Below, one piece after another: positions 39,685 to 49,074 of a stretch of 64,000 nucleotides of DNA; position 1 is the first letter of the stretch; each line of letters begins with the position of its first letter. Position numbers and translations under genes: made by a program. The DNA lies in assembly GCA_964553825.1 (NCBI GenBank), contig CAZKLT010000001.1, positions 126,989 to 190,988 on the forward strand. The letters are read 5' to 3'. The DNA is from an uncultured Gammaproteobacteria bacterium. GTDB taxonomy: Bacteria > Patescibacteriota > Microgenomatia > UBA10105 > UBA927. The notes under the pieces were generated by a model. That model was given only the letters and a program-made list of their open reading frames with translations, had not been told where the DNA came from and did not search any database.

Positions 39685-40080
39685 ATGGTAAACGATCCAA
39701 TCGGAGATTTATTGACACAAATTCGAAATGCCTCAATGGCAGGGAAAAGTACGATAGACGTACCATACTCCCGTATGAAGCATGCAGTTGCAGATATCCT
39801 TCATCAGGAAGGCTATGTGACGGAGGTTGTCAAGGCGGGAGAAGCGCCGAAGTTTATGTTGAAAATCGGCATCAAATACGAAGCTTCCGGAACGCCGGTG
39901 ATCACGGGTATCAAGCGCATAAGCAAACCAGGGTTACGATGGTATGTAAATAAATCTGAGATCCCGACCGTATTAGGCGGCATTGGTATGGCCATTGTTT
40001 CGACACCGCAAGGTATTATGTCCGGACGCGATGCGAAGAAAAAAGGTATAGGCGGAGAATTGTTGTGTACCATTTGGTAA
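39685..40080 (+). CDS. rpsH: 30S ribosomal protein S8
   Basis: DPIGDLLTQIRN, SKPGLR and GGELLC. Confidence 0.99.
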   Translation: MVNDPIGDLLTQIRNASMAGKSTIDVPYSRMKHAVADILHQEGYVTEVVKAGEAPKFMLKIGIKYEASGTPVITGIKRISKPGLRWYVNKSEIPTVLGGIGMAIVSTPQGIMSGRDAKKKGIGGELLCTIW

Positions 40081-40084
40081 AAAT

Positions 40085-40642
40085 ATGTCACGAATAGGAA
40101 AAGCACCAATTACCGTTCCGAAAGATGTCACCGTAACGATTACGGATGGTGAAGTCCGGGTATCGGGAGTCAAGGGACAAATAATCCTGACTGTTCCACA
40201 CGGAATTTCCCTTCATCAGGAAGGCGAGATACTTACCGTGAACCGCAAGAATAATGATAAGCCAAAGCGTGCACTTCACGGTTTTGTGCGCGCAAATGTT
40301 GCCAATGCCATAGAGGGAGTATCGAAGGGCTGGACGAAAACGCTTGAGATGTCCGGTGTCGGATACCGAGCAAGTCTGAGCGGAGCTAATCTTGTTTTGT
40401 CCGTCGGATTCTCACATCAGGTAACCATTGCTCCGCCCAAAGGCATTACCTTTGCCGTGAATGAGGGTAAAATCGTTGTTTCCGGGATTGATAAGCAGGA
40501 AGTAGGACAGATGGCCGCAACCATCAGGTCTACCAAAGAGCCTGAGCCATACAAAGGCAAAGGAATCAAATACGAAGGCGAACGTATTCGCAAGAAAGCG
40601 GGTAAAGCCAAAGCAGTAGGAGGGGCTCCAGGGGCCAAATAA
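40085..40642 (+). CDS. rplF: 50S ribosomal protein L6
   Basis: MSRIGK and PEPYKGKGIKY. Confidence 0.99.
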   Translation: MSRIGKAPITVPKDVTVTITDGEVRVSGVKGQIILTVPHGISLHQEGEILTVNRKNNDKPKRALHGFVRANVANAIEGVSKGWTKTLEMSGVGYRASLSGANLVLSVGFSHQVTIAPPKGITFAVNEGKIVVSGIDKQEVGQMAATIRSTKEPEPYKGKGIKYEGERIRKKAGKAKAVGGAPGAK

Positions 40643-40648
40643 ACGACT

Positions 40649-40978
40649 ATGAAAACGAAAAAAGAAATGAGAATGAGGCGAAAGATTCGTATCCGTGCAA
40701 GGGTGAATGGAACGGCTGCGCGCCCGCGCATGGCGGTCTACCGATCTAACACTGCGCTGTATGTCCAGCTCGTCGATGATGATAAGGAGATGACCATCGC
40801 CGCCGCCAAGACGGATGGCAAGTCTATGGCACAAGCCAAAGAATTGGGAGCACGGATTGCACAGGAAGCGAAGAAAAAAGGCGTTACTACAGTGGTATTT
40901 GATCGCGGTGGATTTCGTTATCACGGCGTCATAAAGGCACTTGCTGATGCCGCACGTGAAGGAGGATTGACTATATGA
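40649..40978 (+). CDS. rplR: 50S ribosomal protein L18
   Basis: RPRMAVYRSN and VFDRGGFRYHG. Confidence 0.98.
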   Translation: MKTKKEMRMRRKIRIRARVNGTAARPRMAVYRSNTALYVQLVDDDKEMTIAAAKTDGKSMAQAKELGARIAQEAKKKGVTTVVFDRGGFRYHGVIKALADAAREGGLTI

Positions 40979-41445
40979 TGAAGTTTCAACCAAAAAATGA
41001 TCGCGTTCCCAGTGAGTTTGACGAGAAAATCGTTCAGGTTCACCGCGTTTCGAAGAAAACCAAGGGCGGCAACAAAATCGGTTTCTCCGTTCTTGCCGTT
41101 GTCGGCGATAAGAAAGGTCGGGTTGGCGTTGGTTTGGGAGGAGCGCCTGATGTTTCGTCTGCAGTACGTAAGGCTGTTACGTATGCCAAGAAGCATCTGC
41201 TCACGGTCCCTATGCGAGATAAGACAATTCCCCATGAAGTACGCGTGAAGCTCGGTGCTGCGCGAGTGCTTCTTAAGCCGGCACCAGCGGGTACAGGGGT
41301 TATCGCAGGCGGTGCGGTGCGCGCGGTTGTTGAAGCTGCAGGAATCCGTGACGTCGTTTCCAAGATTCTCGGAAGTAAAAATCAAGCCTCCAACGTGTAT
41401 GCCACGATGGAAGCGCTGAGAAATCTGAAGTCACGCACCAAGTAA
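40975..41445 (+). CDS. rpsE: 30S ribosomal protein S5
   Basis: RVSKKTKGG and PAPAGTGVIAGG. Confidence 0.99.
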   Translation: MMKFQPKNDRVPSEFDEKIVQVHRVSKKTKGGNKIGFSVLAVVGDKKGRVGVGLGGAPDVSSAVRKAVTYAKKHLLTVPMRDKTIPHEVRVKLGAARVLLKPAPAGTGVIAGGAVRAVVEAAGIRDVVSKILGSKNQASNVYATMEALRNLKSRTK

Positions 41446-41454
41446 AGGAGCTCT

Positions 41455-41886
41455 ATGGATCTATCAAAATTACCATCAATCGTACGACGGACCAAGAAGC
41501 GATTGGGTCGCGGACACGGTTCAGGCAAAGTGAAGACCTCAGGACGTGGGACCAAGGGTCAGAAGGCCCGTGGTCGCATCCCTCGTGGATTTGAAGGCGG
41601 ACAGTTGGCACTTATCAAGCGCTTGCCGCTTCTGCGTGGAAAAGGTCGAAACAAAAGTCTTTCAGTCAAACCGTTCCCGGTTCAGGTTTCTGCGTTAAAT
41701 GCGATTCCCGCTGGGACGAAAGTGACGTTGGAAACCCTTGCGAAATACTCTATGATAGACGCATCTGTTTCTCGGGTGAAAGTTTTGGGAAACGGTACAG
41801 TGTCGCATACGCTTGATGTCCAGGTACCCTGTTCTGCCGCAGCACGGAAAGCTATCGAAAAAGCGGGTGGAACGGTCAGTAACTGA
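41455..41886 (+). CDS. rplO: 50S ribosomal protein L15
   Basis: RLGRGHGSG and GFEGGQ; directly follows rpsE with no rpmD. Confidence 0.98.
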   Translation: MDLSKLPSIVRRTKKRLGRGHGSGKVKTSGRGTKGQKARGRIPRGFEGGQLALIKRLPLLRGKGRNKSLSVKPFPVQVSALNAIPAGTKVTLETLAKYSMIDASVSRVKVLGNGTVSHTLDVQVPCSAAARKAIEKAGGTVSN

Positions 41887-41897
41887 TCTTTCATACC

Positions 41898-43187
41898 ATG
41901 AATAAACTCTTATCTCCGCTTATTGCAAGTTGGAGGTCGCCGGAACTTCGTCGGAAAATTATTATTACCGGTTGGATATTCGTCGTCTTCCGGTTGTTTG
42001 CTCATATTCCGATTCCCGGCGTTGATACCGGTCGACTTGCTGCGCTTTTTTCGCAGAACCAGTTCCTGGGACTACTGGATATTTTTTCCGGCGGAACCCT
42101 TGTGAATTTTTCCGTGCTGGCGCTCGGACTGAACCCGTACATCAACGCTTCGATTATTCTACAGCTTTTGACGATCGTCTTTCCGAAGCTTGAAGCGCTC
42201 CAGAAAGAAGGGGAGTATGGCAGAGAGAAAATTAACCAGTATACCCGACTTATCACCGTACCGCTTGCCGTTATGCAATCAATCGGTATGTTTGCGCTTC
42301 TTCGGAATCAGGGGATTATCGCATCAGTTGAACCTATTTCACTCGTCGCCATTATTCTCACCATGAGTGCCGGCACATTGTTTGCCATGTGGTTGGGCGA
42401 ATTGATCACGGAATATGGGATCGGAAATGGTATCTCTCTCCTTATCTTTGCGGGTATCGTCGGGCGGTTCCCGGTTGTTTTGGGTCAGACGGCAACGACC
42501 ATTACCCCGGAGCTCATGACGAACATGGTCGTGTTCGTGGCGCTTGCTATTGCTGTTATCGCGGCGACCGTTTTCGTCAATGAAGCAGTTCGGCGGATTA
42601 ATGTGCAGTATGCACGCCGAGTGCGGGGGAACAAAGTGTACGGTGGAGCGACATCCTATTTGCCCCTTCGGGTGAATCAGGCTGGGGTCATTCCGATTAT
42701 ATTTGCCGTATCACTCGTGCTATTGCCGTCACTTCTGGGCGGATTTTTAGGTCAGACGAACAATCCAGTGCTCATGAACTTGGGACGTTTACTGACAAAT
42801 CTGTTTAATCCCAACGGCGCTTCCTACAACGTTATATACTTTTTTCTTGTTATAGGATTTACCTATTTTTACACTGCCATCACCTTTAATCCGACGAAAA
42901 TTTCAGGGGAGATACAGAAATACGGAGGTTTCATCCCGGGTATTCGTCCGGGTACGCCGACGGCACAGTATCTCAATTACATCCTCACGCGTATTACGCT
43001 TGCCGGAGCGTTGTTTCTTGGTATTATTGCGATTCTTCCGTCTTTGGCCCGACAGATTACGGGTGTTTCCACCTTGCTGGTTGGTGGCACGGGGGTGCTT
43101 ATCGTCGTTTCTGTCGTTCTTGAGACGGTAAAGACCCTTGAAGCCCAGTTGGTCATGCGTAATTACGAAGGCTTCCTCAAAGATTAA
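41898..43187 (+). CDS. secY: Preprotein translocase SecY
   Basis: [33 protein letters not shown] and IPGIRPG. Confidence 0.99.
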   Translation: MNKLLSPLIASWRSPELRRKIIITGWIFVVFRLFAHIPIPGVDTGRLAALFSQNQFLGLLDIFSGGTLVNFSVLALGLNPYINASIILQLLTIVFPKLEALQKEGEYGREKINQYTRLITVPLAVMQSIGMFALLRNQGIIASVEPISLVAIILTMSAGTLFAMWLGELITEYGIGNGISLLIFAGIVGRFPVVLGQTATTITPELMTNMVVFVALAIAVIAATVFVNEAVRRINVQYARRVRGNKVYGGATSYLPLRVNQAGVIPIIFAVSLVLLPSLLGGFLGQTNNPVLMNLGRLLTNLFNPNGASYNVIYFFLVIGFTYFYTAITFNPTKISGEIQKYGGFIPGIRPGTPTAQYLNYILTRITLAGALFLGIIAILPSLARQITGVSTLLVGGTGVLIVVSVVLETVKTLEAQLVMRNYEGFLKD

Positions 43188-43190
43188 TTG

Positions 43191-43288
43191 TTCCCTTGTC
43201 ATTCCGGGCTTGATCCGGAATCCGCATTCAACAGGACGGAATGACAAAGGAAAAATACTGGATCCCGGCTCAAAGGCCGGGAGGACAA
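43191..43288. repeat. REP-like palindromic doublet (GTCATTCC...GGAATCC type)
   Basis: TTGTCATTCCGGGCTTGATCCGGAATCC and inverted partner TGGATCCCGGCTCAAAGGCCGGGAGGACAA; also a 16-bp inverted repeat 43191-43206/43237-43252 with 1 mismatch. Confidence 0.7.
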
Positions 43289-43298
43289 TAAAAATATC

Positions 43299-43877
43299 AT
43301 GCATATTATATTTTATGGCCCTGAAGGATCAGGGAAAGGTACACAGGCCAAATTGCTAAGTGAGAAGCTCAACGTTCCCGTGTTGACGAGCGGGGATCTC
43401 GTCCGAGAGGCCGCAGCAACAGATAAGGGCATCATTGGGGACGCTTGCAGAAAAGCACTCTCAGAAGGGCGATATGTTGCCGATTCGGAAATGTTTGTCC
43501 TTTGGAAGCGCCGGCTGAAAGAAGCAGACGCACAGACGGACTGGATCATGGATGGATTTCCCAGAAACGTGGAACAGGCAAAATTTTTGGACGAGAAACT
43601 AAACAAATACGGGTACAAGGTAGAAGCCGTTGTTTACCTGGTTATCAGCGAACAAGAGTCGCTCAAACGCCTGACGAAACGCGCCCGCCCGCTTCATCCG
43701 GGATCCAAAGAGCTTCATGACTCGCCTGAACGGATAAAAAACCGTTTGACCATGTTTCGGCAGAATGAGAAGCCCGTATTGGATTACTATCGGGCAAGGG
43801 GAGTCCTCAGGGAAATTAACGGTGAACAGTCGCCAGAAGCAGTACAGACGGAAATCGTCGCCAACCTTCCCAAATGA
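43299..43877 (+). CDS. adk: Adenylate kinase (short LID)
   Basis: GPEGSGKGTQA, SGDLVR and DGFPRN; follows secY. Confidence 0.92.
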   Translation: MHIIFYGPEGSGKGTQAKLLSEKLNVPVLTSGDLVREAAATDKGIIGDACRKALSEGRYVADSEMFVLWKRRLKEADAQTDWIMDGFPRNVEQAKFLDEKLNKYGYKVEAVVYLVISEQESLKRLTKRARPLHPGSKELHDSPERIKNRLTMFRQNEKPVLDYYRARGVLREINGEQSPEAVQTEIVANLPK

Positions 43878-44566
43878 CCGTACCGTTTCTTCAGATCGCC
43901 ATAGATGGACCTGTTGCATCTGGAAAGGGTGAGATAGCAGGTCGACTTGCCCGCGAGCTCAATGCGCTTTATGTTTACACCGGCGCTATGTATCGCGCAC
44001 TTGCCCTTGCCTGTCTGAGGGCGGGCGTTCCTTTGAAGAATGAAAAGCAGGTGATGAGCGTGTTGGACGCCATTGTAATCGATTTTGACGTTCCCGCCCC
44101 CGAAAGCGCATTTCCGTACAAAGTGCTACTGAACCATGAGGATGTGACGCAAGAAATTCAGGGGCAGGATGCCGCACAAGGGGCTTCCGACGTCGGAACG
44201 ATTCCGGCAGTTCGTCAGCGGATGGTTATCCGCCAACAGGAAATGGCCAAAGGGCATTCAGTGGTCATGGAAGGCCGTGATATCGCCGTACGCGTTCTTC
44301 CTGCGGCACACCTGAAGATCTATTTGACGGCATCCCTGGAGGAGCGTGCGCGGCGTCGTTTTGCCCAGTGGCAGGCGATGGGGCTTACCAAAACGCTCGA
44401 AGAGACTATTGCCGACACAAAGATGCGTGACCATCAGGATATGAGCCGTGAGATTGATCCGCTTCAGAAGGTTGTGGACGCCTGGGAGCTTGATACGACT
44501 TCGATGGGTCCTGATGAAGTTATTGCCGCAATCAAAGCTGAGCTCGTCCACCGAAAGCTTTTATGA
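43874..44566 (+). CDS. cmk: Cytidylate kinase
   Basis: IAIDGPVASGKG, TGAMYR, VMEGRDI and RDHQD..R. Confidence 0.95.
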   Translation: MTVPFLQIAIDGPVASGKGEIAGRLARELNALYVYTGAMYRALALACLRAGVPLKNEKQVMSVLDAIVIDFDVPAPESAFPYKVLLNHEDVTQEIQGQDAAQGASDVGTIPAVRQRMVIRQQEMAKGHSVVMEGRDIAVRVLPAAHLKIYLTASLEERARRRFAQWQAMGLTKTLEETIADTKMRDHQDMSREIDPLQKVVDAWELDTTSMGPDEVIAAIKAELVHRKLL

Positions 44567-45336
44567 TTTATCGCAAAACACCACAAGAGATTATGAGCAT
44601 GAGAGAGGGGGGGCGCAGACTTGGCGAAATATTACAAAAACTTCTTGCATTTGCCCGTCCGGGCGTTTCACTGTTAGCTATAGAAAAATATGCCAATGAT
44701 CTCATCGATGCTTCGGGTGGTACGTCTTCTTTTAAGACTGTGAAAGGGTATCGATGGGCAACGTGTCTGTGCGTGAATGAGGTGGTGGTTCATGGTATTC
44801 CAACGCCATATATATTGCGGGACGGCGATATCTTGACTATTGATACGGGGCTTATTTTCCAGGGGCTTCATACGGATACTGCCTGGACGAAAATTGTGGG
44901 TTCTGACGATTCACCGGAAGCAGCGGCGAAGCGCCGGTTTCTCGAGGTAGGCGAGCGTGCACTTCAGCGTGCGATCGAATTGGTAAAAGTGGGTACACAT
45001 ATTGGGGACATTTCCGAGTCAACCCAAGCCATTATTGAGGGAGCAGGGTACTCGATCGTCAAGTCATTGGTTGGTCATGGCGTTGGTTGTGACCTTCATG
45101 AGGATCCGCAGATTCCCAACTATGCCCGCGGAGATAAAAAAAATACATATCAATTCCGAGGCGGAGAAACGGTTGCCATTGAGCCTATTTACGCACGCGG
45201 TGGCGGCGCGGTCGTATACGAAAATGATGACGGCTGGACTTTGGCTATGAAGGATCGTTCTTGGGCTGCTGTTTTTGAACATTCACTCGCGATACTTCCC
45301 GAAGAGACGATTGTATTGACCAAAGCCTCAGATTGA
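44563..45336 (+). CDS. map: Methionine aminopeptidase type I
   Basis: VNEVVVHGIP, DTAWT, GHGVG..LHEDP and AIEP. Confidence 0.96.
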   Translation: MIYRKTPQEIMSMREGGRRLGEILQKLLAFARPGVSLLAIEKYANDLIDASGGTSSFKTVKGYRWATCLCVNEVVVHGIPTPYILRDGDILTIDTGLIFQGLHTDTAWTKIVGSDDSPEAAAKRRFLEVGERALQRAIELVKVGTHIGDISESTQAIIEGAGYSIVKSLVGHGVGCDLHEDPQIPNYARGDKKNTYQFRGGETVAIEPIYARGGGAVVYENDDGWTLAMKDRSWAAVFEHSLAILPEETIVLTKASD

Positions 45337-45399
45337 GGTACAATATGCGTTATTGTCGGGAATCCCGATGAGAATCGGGAGATATTCCCGTCGTTTTTT
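45316..45399 (+). promoter_or_regulatory. infA promoter with GNRA-capped leader hairpin and U-tract
   Basis: TTGACC-N17-TACAAT; CGGGAAT-CCCGAT-gaga-ATCGGG-agat-ATTCCCG; TTTTTT. Confidence 0.62.
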
Positions 45400-45407
45400 A
45401 CGTGGAT

Positions 45408-45626
45408 ATGGCGCATCAAGGAAATATAGAGGTTGAAGGTGAGGTTGTTGAATGTTTGCCCAATACGCTGTTTCGCGTGAAGCTGCCGAATGGACATGTG
45501 GTTCTGTGTCATTTATCGGGAAAGATGCGACTGAATTTTATTCGTATCATGCCGGGAGACAAGGTGAAGATGGAAGTCACGCCATATGATCCGAGTAAGG
45601 GAAGAATTACGTACAGAGTGCGATAA
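45408..45626 (+). CDS. infA: Translation initiation factor IF-1
   Basis: [13 protein letters not shown] and KGRITYR. Confidence 0.98.
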   Translation: MAHQGNIEVEGEVVECLPNTLFRVKLPNGHVVLCHLSGKMRLNFIRIMPGDKVKMEVTPYDPSKGRITYRVR

Positions 45627-45628
45627 CT

Positions 45629-45742
45629 ATGAAAGTTCGAGCAAGCGTAAAACCAATGTGTGTGAAATGCAAGATCGTCCGACGCCGGGGTCGTACGTAT
45701 GTTATTTGTGAGAACCCGAAGCACAAGCAGAGACAAGGATAA
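45629..45742 (+). CDS. rpmJ: 50S ribosomal protein L36 (not in ORF track)
   Basis: Manual translation: [37 protein letters not shown]. Confidence 0.98.
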   Translation: MKVRASVKPMCVKCKIVRRRGRTYVICENPKHKQRQG

Positions 45743-45745
45743 TCT

Positions 45746-46168
45746 ATGGCACGTATTTCAGGAGTTGATTTACCAGCAGAAAAGAGACTTGATATTGCCC
45801 TTACCTACATTTATGGTATTGGACGATCAAATGTCGTTGACCTGCTTAAGGATATCAACCTCCCCGCAGATCGCCGCGTTAAAACCCTCACAGACGAAGA
45901 AATCAATAAAATTTCCAAGGCAATCGAAAAGAAGTATACCGTTGAGGGAGATTTGCGCCGTCAGATTCAGGATCACATCAAGCGGCTCGTTGAAATCCGT
46001 TCATATCGGGGCGTTCGTCATACCAAGAGCCTTCCTGTACGCGGACAACGAACCCGCTCCAATGCCCGCACCAAGCGTGGGAAGAGGGTCACGATCGGAG
46101 CTATGAAGAAAGATGATCGCGTGAAGCTTGATACGGCAGCAACAGCCAAAACGGCAGAAAGCAAATAA
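45746..46168 (+). CDS. rpsM: 30S ribosomal protein S13
   Basis: ALTYIYGIG and LPVRGQRTRSNART. Confidence 0.99.
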   Translation: MARISGVDLPAEKRLDIALTYIYGIGRSNVVDLLKDINLPADRRVKTLTDEEINKISKAIEKKYTVEGDLRRQIQDHIKRLVEIRSYRGVRHTKSLPVRGQRTRSNARTKRGKRVTIGAMKKDDRVKLDTAATAKTAESK

Positions 46169-46171
46169 CCT

Positions 46172-46540
46172 ATGGCAGTCAAACAGAAACGAACAGTCGA
46201 AAAAGGAAAAGTGTATATAACGGCAACGTTTAACAACACGCTTGTTACGATTACTGACCTTGAAGGAAATACCCTTTGTTGGGGTTCGTCCGGTATGGCG
46301 GGATTCAAAGGCGCACGGAAATCGACACCGTACGCGGCAACAACCGCAGTGGAAACGGTTGCCAGGAAGGCGATGGGATACGGACTTCGTGAAGTTGAGG
46401 TATACATGAAGGGTCCGGGAGCAGGTCGTGATGCAGCACTTCGGGGTCTTAAGTCAGTTGGCTTGGGTATTACGCTTATTGCTGATGTGACGCCGATTCC
46501 GCACAACGGCGTGAGAGCCAAGAAAAAGAGGAGAGTATAA
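46172..46540 (+). CDS. rpsK: 30S ribosomal protein S11
   Basis: TFNNT, KSTPYAA and DVTPIPHNG. Confidence 0.99.
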   Translation: MAVKQKRTVEKGKVYITATFNNTLVTITDLEGNTLCWGSSGMAGFKGARKSTPYAATTAVETVARKAMGYGLREVEVYMKGPGAGRDAALRGLKSVGLGITLIADVTPIPHNGVRAKKKRRV

Positions 46541-46541
46541 T

Positions 46542-47162
46542 ATGGCACGATATACCGGACCAAAAAATAGACTTGCCCGTCGTGAAGGAATGGATCTGGG
46601 ATACAAAACCCCTGGGAGCAAAGCGCACGCAGGGCTTCTGAAAAGACTTGGGGTTCCGCCGGGTCAACACGGAGCCAAGGGTCGCCGCAAGATTTCAGAT
46701 TTCGGCGCGCAACTTCGAGAGAAGCAAAAGGTCAAGCGTCTCTACGGAGTTCTTGAGAAGCAGTTCCGCAAGACGTTTACCCAGGCAATGAAGTGGAAGG
46801 GTAATACGGGAGAAAAGCTTCTTGAATTCATGGAGCGACGGCTCGACAATGTTATTTACCGTGTAGGCTTCTCGCCAACTCGTGGCCTGGCCAGACAACT
46901 CGTCTCCCATGGTCATGTCATGGTTGATAACCAAAAAGTAAACATTCCTTCATTTCGTGTCGAGAAAGATATGGTTATCGCGCTTCGACCCAAGGCCATG
47001 GAAATTCCAGCCGTGAAGAAAATTTTGGATGATAAGGCCGTAAGAACGCCAGAATGGTTAGAGCGAAAAGGACCGGTAGGTAAAATTACCCGCATGCCGG
47101 AGCGGACAGATATTTTGGAGGACATAAACGAACAGCTCATTGTTGAGCATTATTCTCGTTAA
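46542..47162 (+). CDS. rpsD: 30S ribosomal protein S4
   Basis: PPGQHG, QLREKQK, RRLDNV and ARQLVSHGH. Confidence 0.99.
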   Translation: MARYTGPKNRLARREGMDLGYKTPGSKAHAGLLKRLGVPPGQHGAKGRRKISDFGAQLREKQKVKRLYGVLEKQFRKTFTQAMKWKGNTGEKLLEFMERRLDNVIYRVGFSPTRGLARQLVSHGHVMVDNQKVNIPSFRVEKDMVIALRPKAMEIPAVKKILDDKAVRTPEWLERKGPVGKITRMPERTDILEDINEQLIVEHYSR

Positions 47163-47237
47163 TATAAAGGAGGTAGGGTTTGCCGTTGACATAAAGGAGC
47201 GTCTCTTTACGTTAGCGACCAACTCTCAAAAACTATT

Positions 47238-48158
47238 ATGACAGAGCCAACTTTTCACATAAAAACTGAGGTTGATAAGCCGGGTTTTGGTAAATTTTTC
47301 CTGGAACCGCTTGAGCAGGGGTATGGACAGACGCTCGGCAACAGTTTAAGGCGCGTATTGCTCGCTTCCCTTCCTGGGGCAGCTATTTCTTCGGTGAAGA
47401 TCGAAGGAGTAAAGCATCAGTTTTCGACGCTCGAAGGCATGAAGGAAGACGTAGTTGAATTCATCATGAATTTGAAAAAAGTCCGTCTTACCATCGAGGG
47501 AAACGAAGCGGTAAAACTTACGATTTCCAAAAAAGGACCGGGAGTAGTGACTGCAGCCGATATTAATGCACCGGCAGGGGTTATGGTGGTCAATCCCGAT
47601 CTTGTGCTAGCAAATCTGTCAGATAAGAAAGCTTCCCTTGAGGCGGAATTGACGGCAGACAAAGGGTATGGTTATGTTTCCGCAGATGAGAAGCATTTCG
47701 ATGAAGTTGGCGTGATCCCGATCGATAGCCTGTATTCACCAGTCACCCGCGTGAACTATCGTGTTGAGGCTACCCGCGTTGGTCGGATGACGAATCTCGA
47801 TCGACTTGTCATGGAGATCTGGACAGACGGCTCAGTGGCAGCGATCGATGCGCTTACATCAGCTGCGAAAGTCATGGTTTCCTACTTTGCCCAAATCGTG
47901 GAACCCAAGATAGCCGGTACACCGGAGAGCGTTGCGGTTGCTCCGTCGGTTTCGGATGAAGTATTGAAGATGCGCATTGAAGAACTTGATATTCCTACCA
48001 GAATCGTCAACGCGCTTGCAAATGGCGGCATTGAGACGGTTGGACAGCTTTTGGGAACTCCCAGAGCTGAGCTTATGAAGATCAAGAACTTGGGAGCCAA
48101 GTCATTGGGAATTGTTGAAGAACGACTTCGTGAGAAGGGAGTCGCACTGACTATATGA
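47238..48158 (+). CDS. rpoA: RNA polymerase alpha subunit
   Basis: EPLEQGYGQTLGNSLRRVLL and IKNLGAKSL. Confidence 0.99.
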   Translation: MTEPTFHIKTEVDKPGFGKFFLEPLEQGYGQTLGNSLRRVLLASLPGAAISSVKIEGVKHQFSTLEGMKEDVVEFIMNLKKVRLTIEGNEAVKLTISKKGPGVVTAADINAPAGVMVVNPDLVLANLSDKKASLEAELTADKGYGYVSADEKHFDEVGVIPIDSLYSPVTRVNYRVEATRVGRMTNLDRLVMEIWTDGSVAAIDALTSAAKVMVSYFAQIVEPKIAGTPESVAVAPSVSDEVLKMRIEELDIPTRIVNALANGGIETVGQLLGTPRAELMKIKNLGAKSLGIVEERLREKGVALTI

Positions 48159-48649
48159 GACACGGGGTGTTTGGTCGGAAATTATCAAGGACAGCCAACC
48201 AACGGCAAAGACTGTTTGCTGTACTCGTCCGCGATCTTTTCTTGCACAATGCCATAGTCACAACGATTCCGAAAGCAAAGGCTGTTCAGCCGATTGTTGA
48301 GAAGTTAATCACGAAAGCCAAAGAGGGAAGTGAGAACGCCCGGAGACGCGTTTTTGGCCTTATCGGTGACCGGCAGATTGTAAAAGCGCTCTTTGAGGAC
48401 GCAAAAACCCGATTTGCAGGCAGAAATAGCGGGTATACGAGGATTATCAAGGTCGGACGAAGACTCGGAGATGCTACGGAGACGGCCATGTTGTCTTTCG
48501 TTGATGAGAAGGTGCTTGTAGAAGTGGTGAAATCTAAGGCAGCTGATGCAAAAACAGAAACACCGAAAGCTGCGGTGAAAGAGACGACGGAAAAACCGGT
48601 AAAAGAACCTGTGAAGAAAACGGTAAAGAAAACGACAAAAAAAGTATAA
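48155..48649 (+). CDS. rplQ: 50S ribosomal protein L17
   Basis: RKLSR, TTIPKAK and GYTRIIK; Lys/Thr-rich tail. Confidence 0.97.
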   Translation: MRHGVFGRKLSRTANQRQRLFAVLVRDLFLHNAIVTTIPKAKAVQPIVEKLITKAKEGSENARRRVFGLIGDRQIVKALFEDAKTRFAGRNSGYTRIIKVGRRLGDATETAMLSFVDEKVLVEVVKSKAADAKTETPKAAVKETTEKPVKEPVKKTVKKTTKKV

Positions 48650-48652
48650 TCT

Positions 48653-49072
48653 ATGAAAAAGATCACCCAGCCAACCAAGATTTCTGATGTAAACCGATCC
48701 TGGTACCTCATTGACGTGAAAGGCCAGGTCTTGGGACGCGCAGCCACAACGGTTGCCCTTAAGCTCATGGGGAAATCGAAGCCAAATTTTGTTCGGAATC
48801 TTGATTGTGGTGATCATGTTGTCGTCATTAACGCCGCTCATGTCATAACAACCGGCCGTAAGGAGAAAGAAAAACTGTATGGAAACTACTCCGGCCATCC
48901 GGGGGGACTCAAACAAAAAGCGCTCTGGCAGGTACGAAAAGAAAAGCCGACTGAGCCGATGCGTCGTGCAGTATTTGGCATGTTGCCCAAGAATAAGCTG
49001 CGTGATAGACTTGTGACTCGCTTGTACATTTACCCTGAAACGGAGCATCCGTACGGGGAGAAATTTATCTAA
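48653..49072 (+). CDS. rplM: 50S ribosomal protein L13
   Basis: LGRAA, DCGDHVVVINA and GMLPKNKL. Confidence 0.99.
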   Translation: MKKITQPTKISDVNRSWYLIDVKGQVLGRAATTVALKLMGKSKPNFVRNLDCGDHVVVINAAHVITTGRKEKEKLYGNYSGHPGGLKQKALWQVRKEKPTEPMRRAVFGMLPKNKLRDRLVTRLYIYPETEHPYGEKFI

Positions 49073-49074
49073 TT

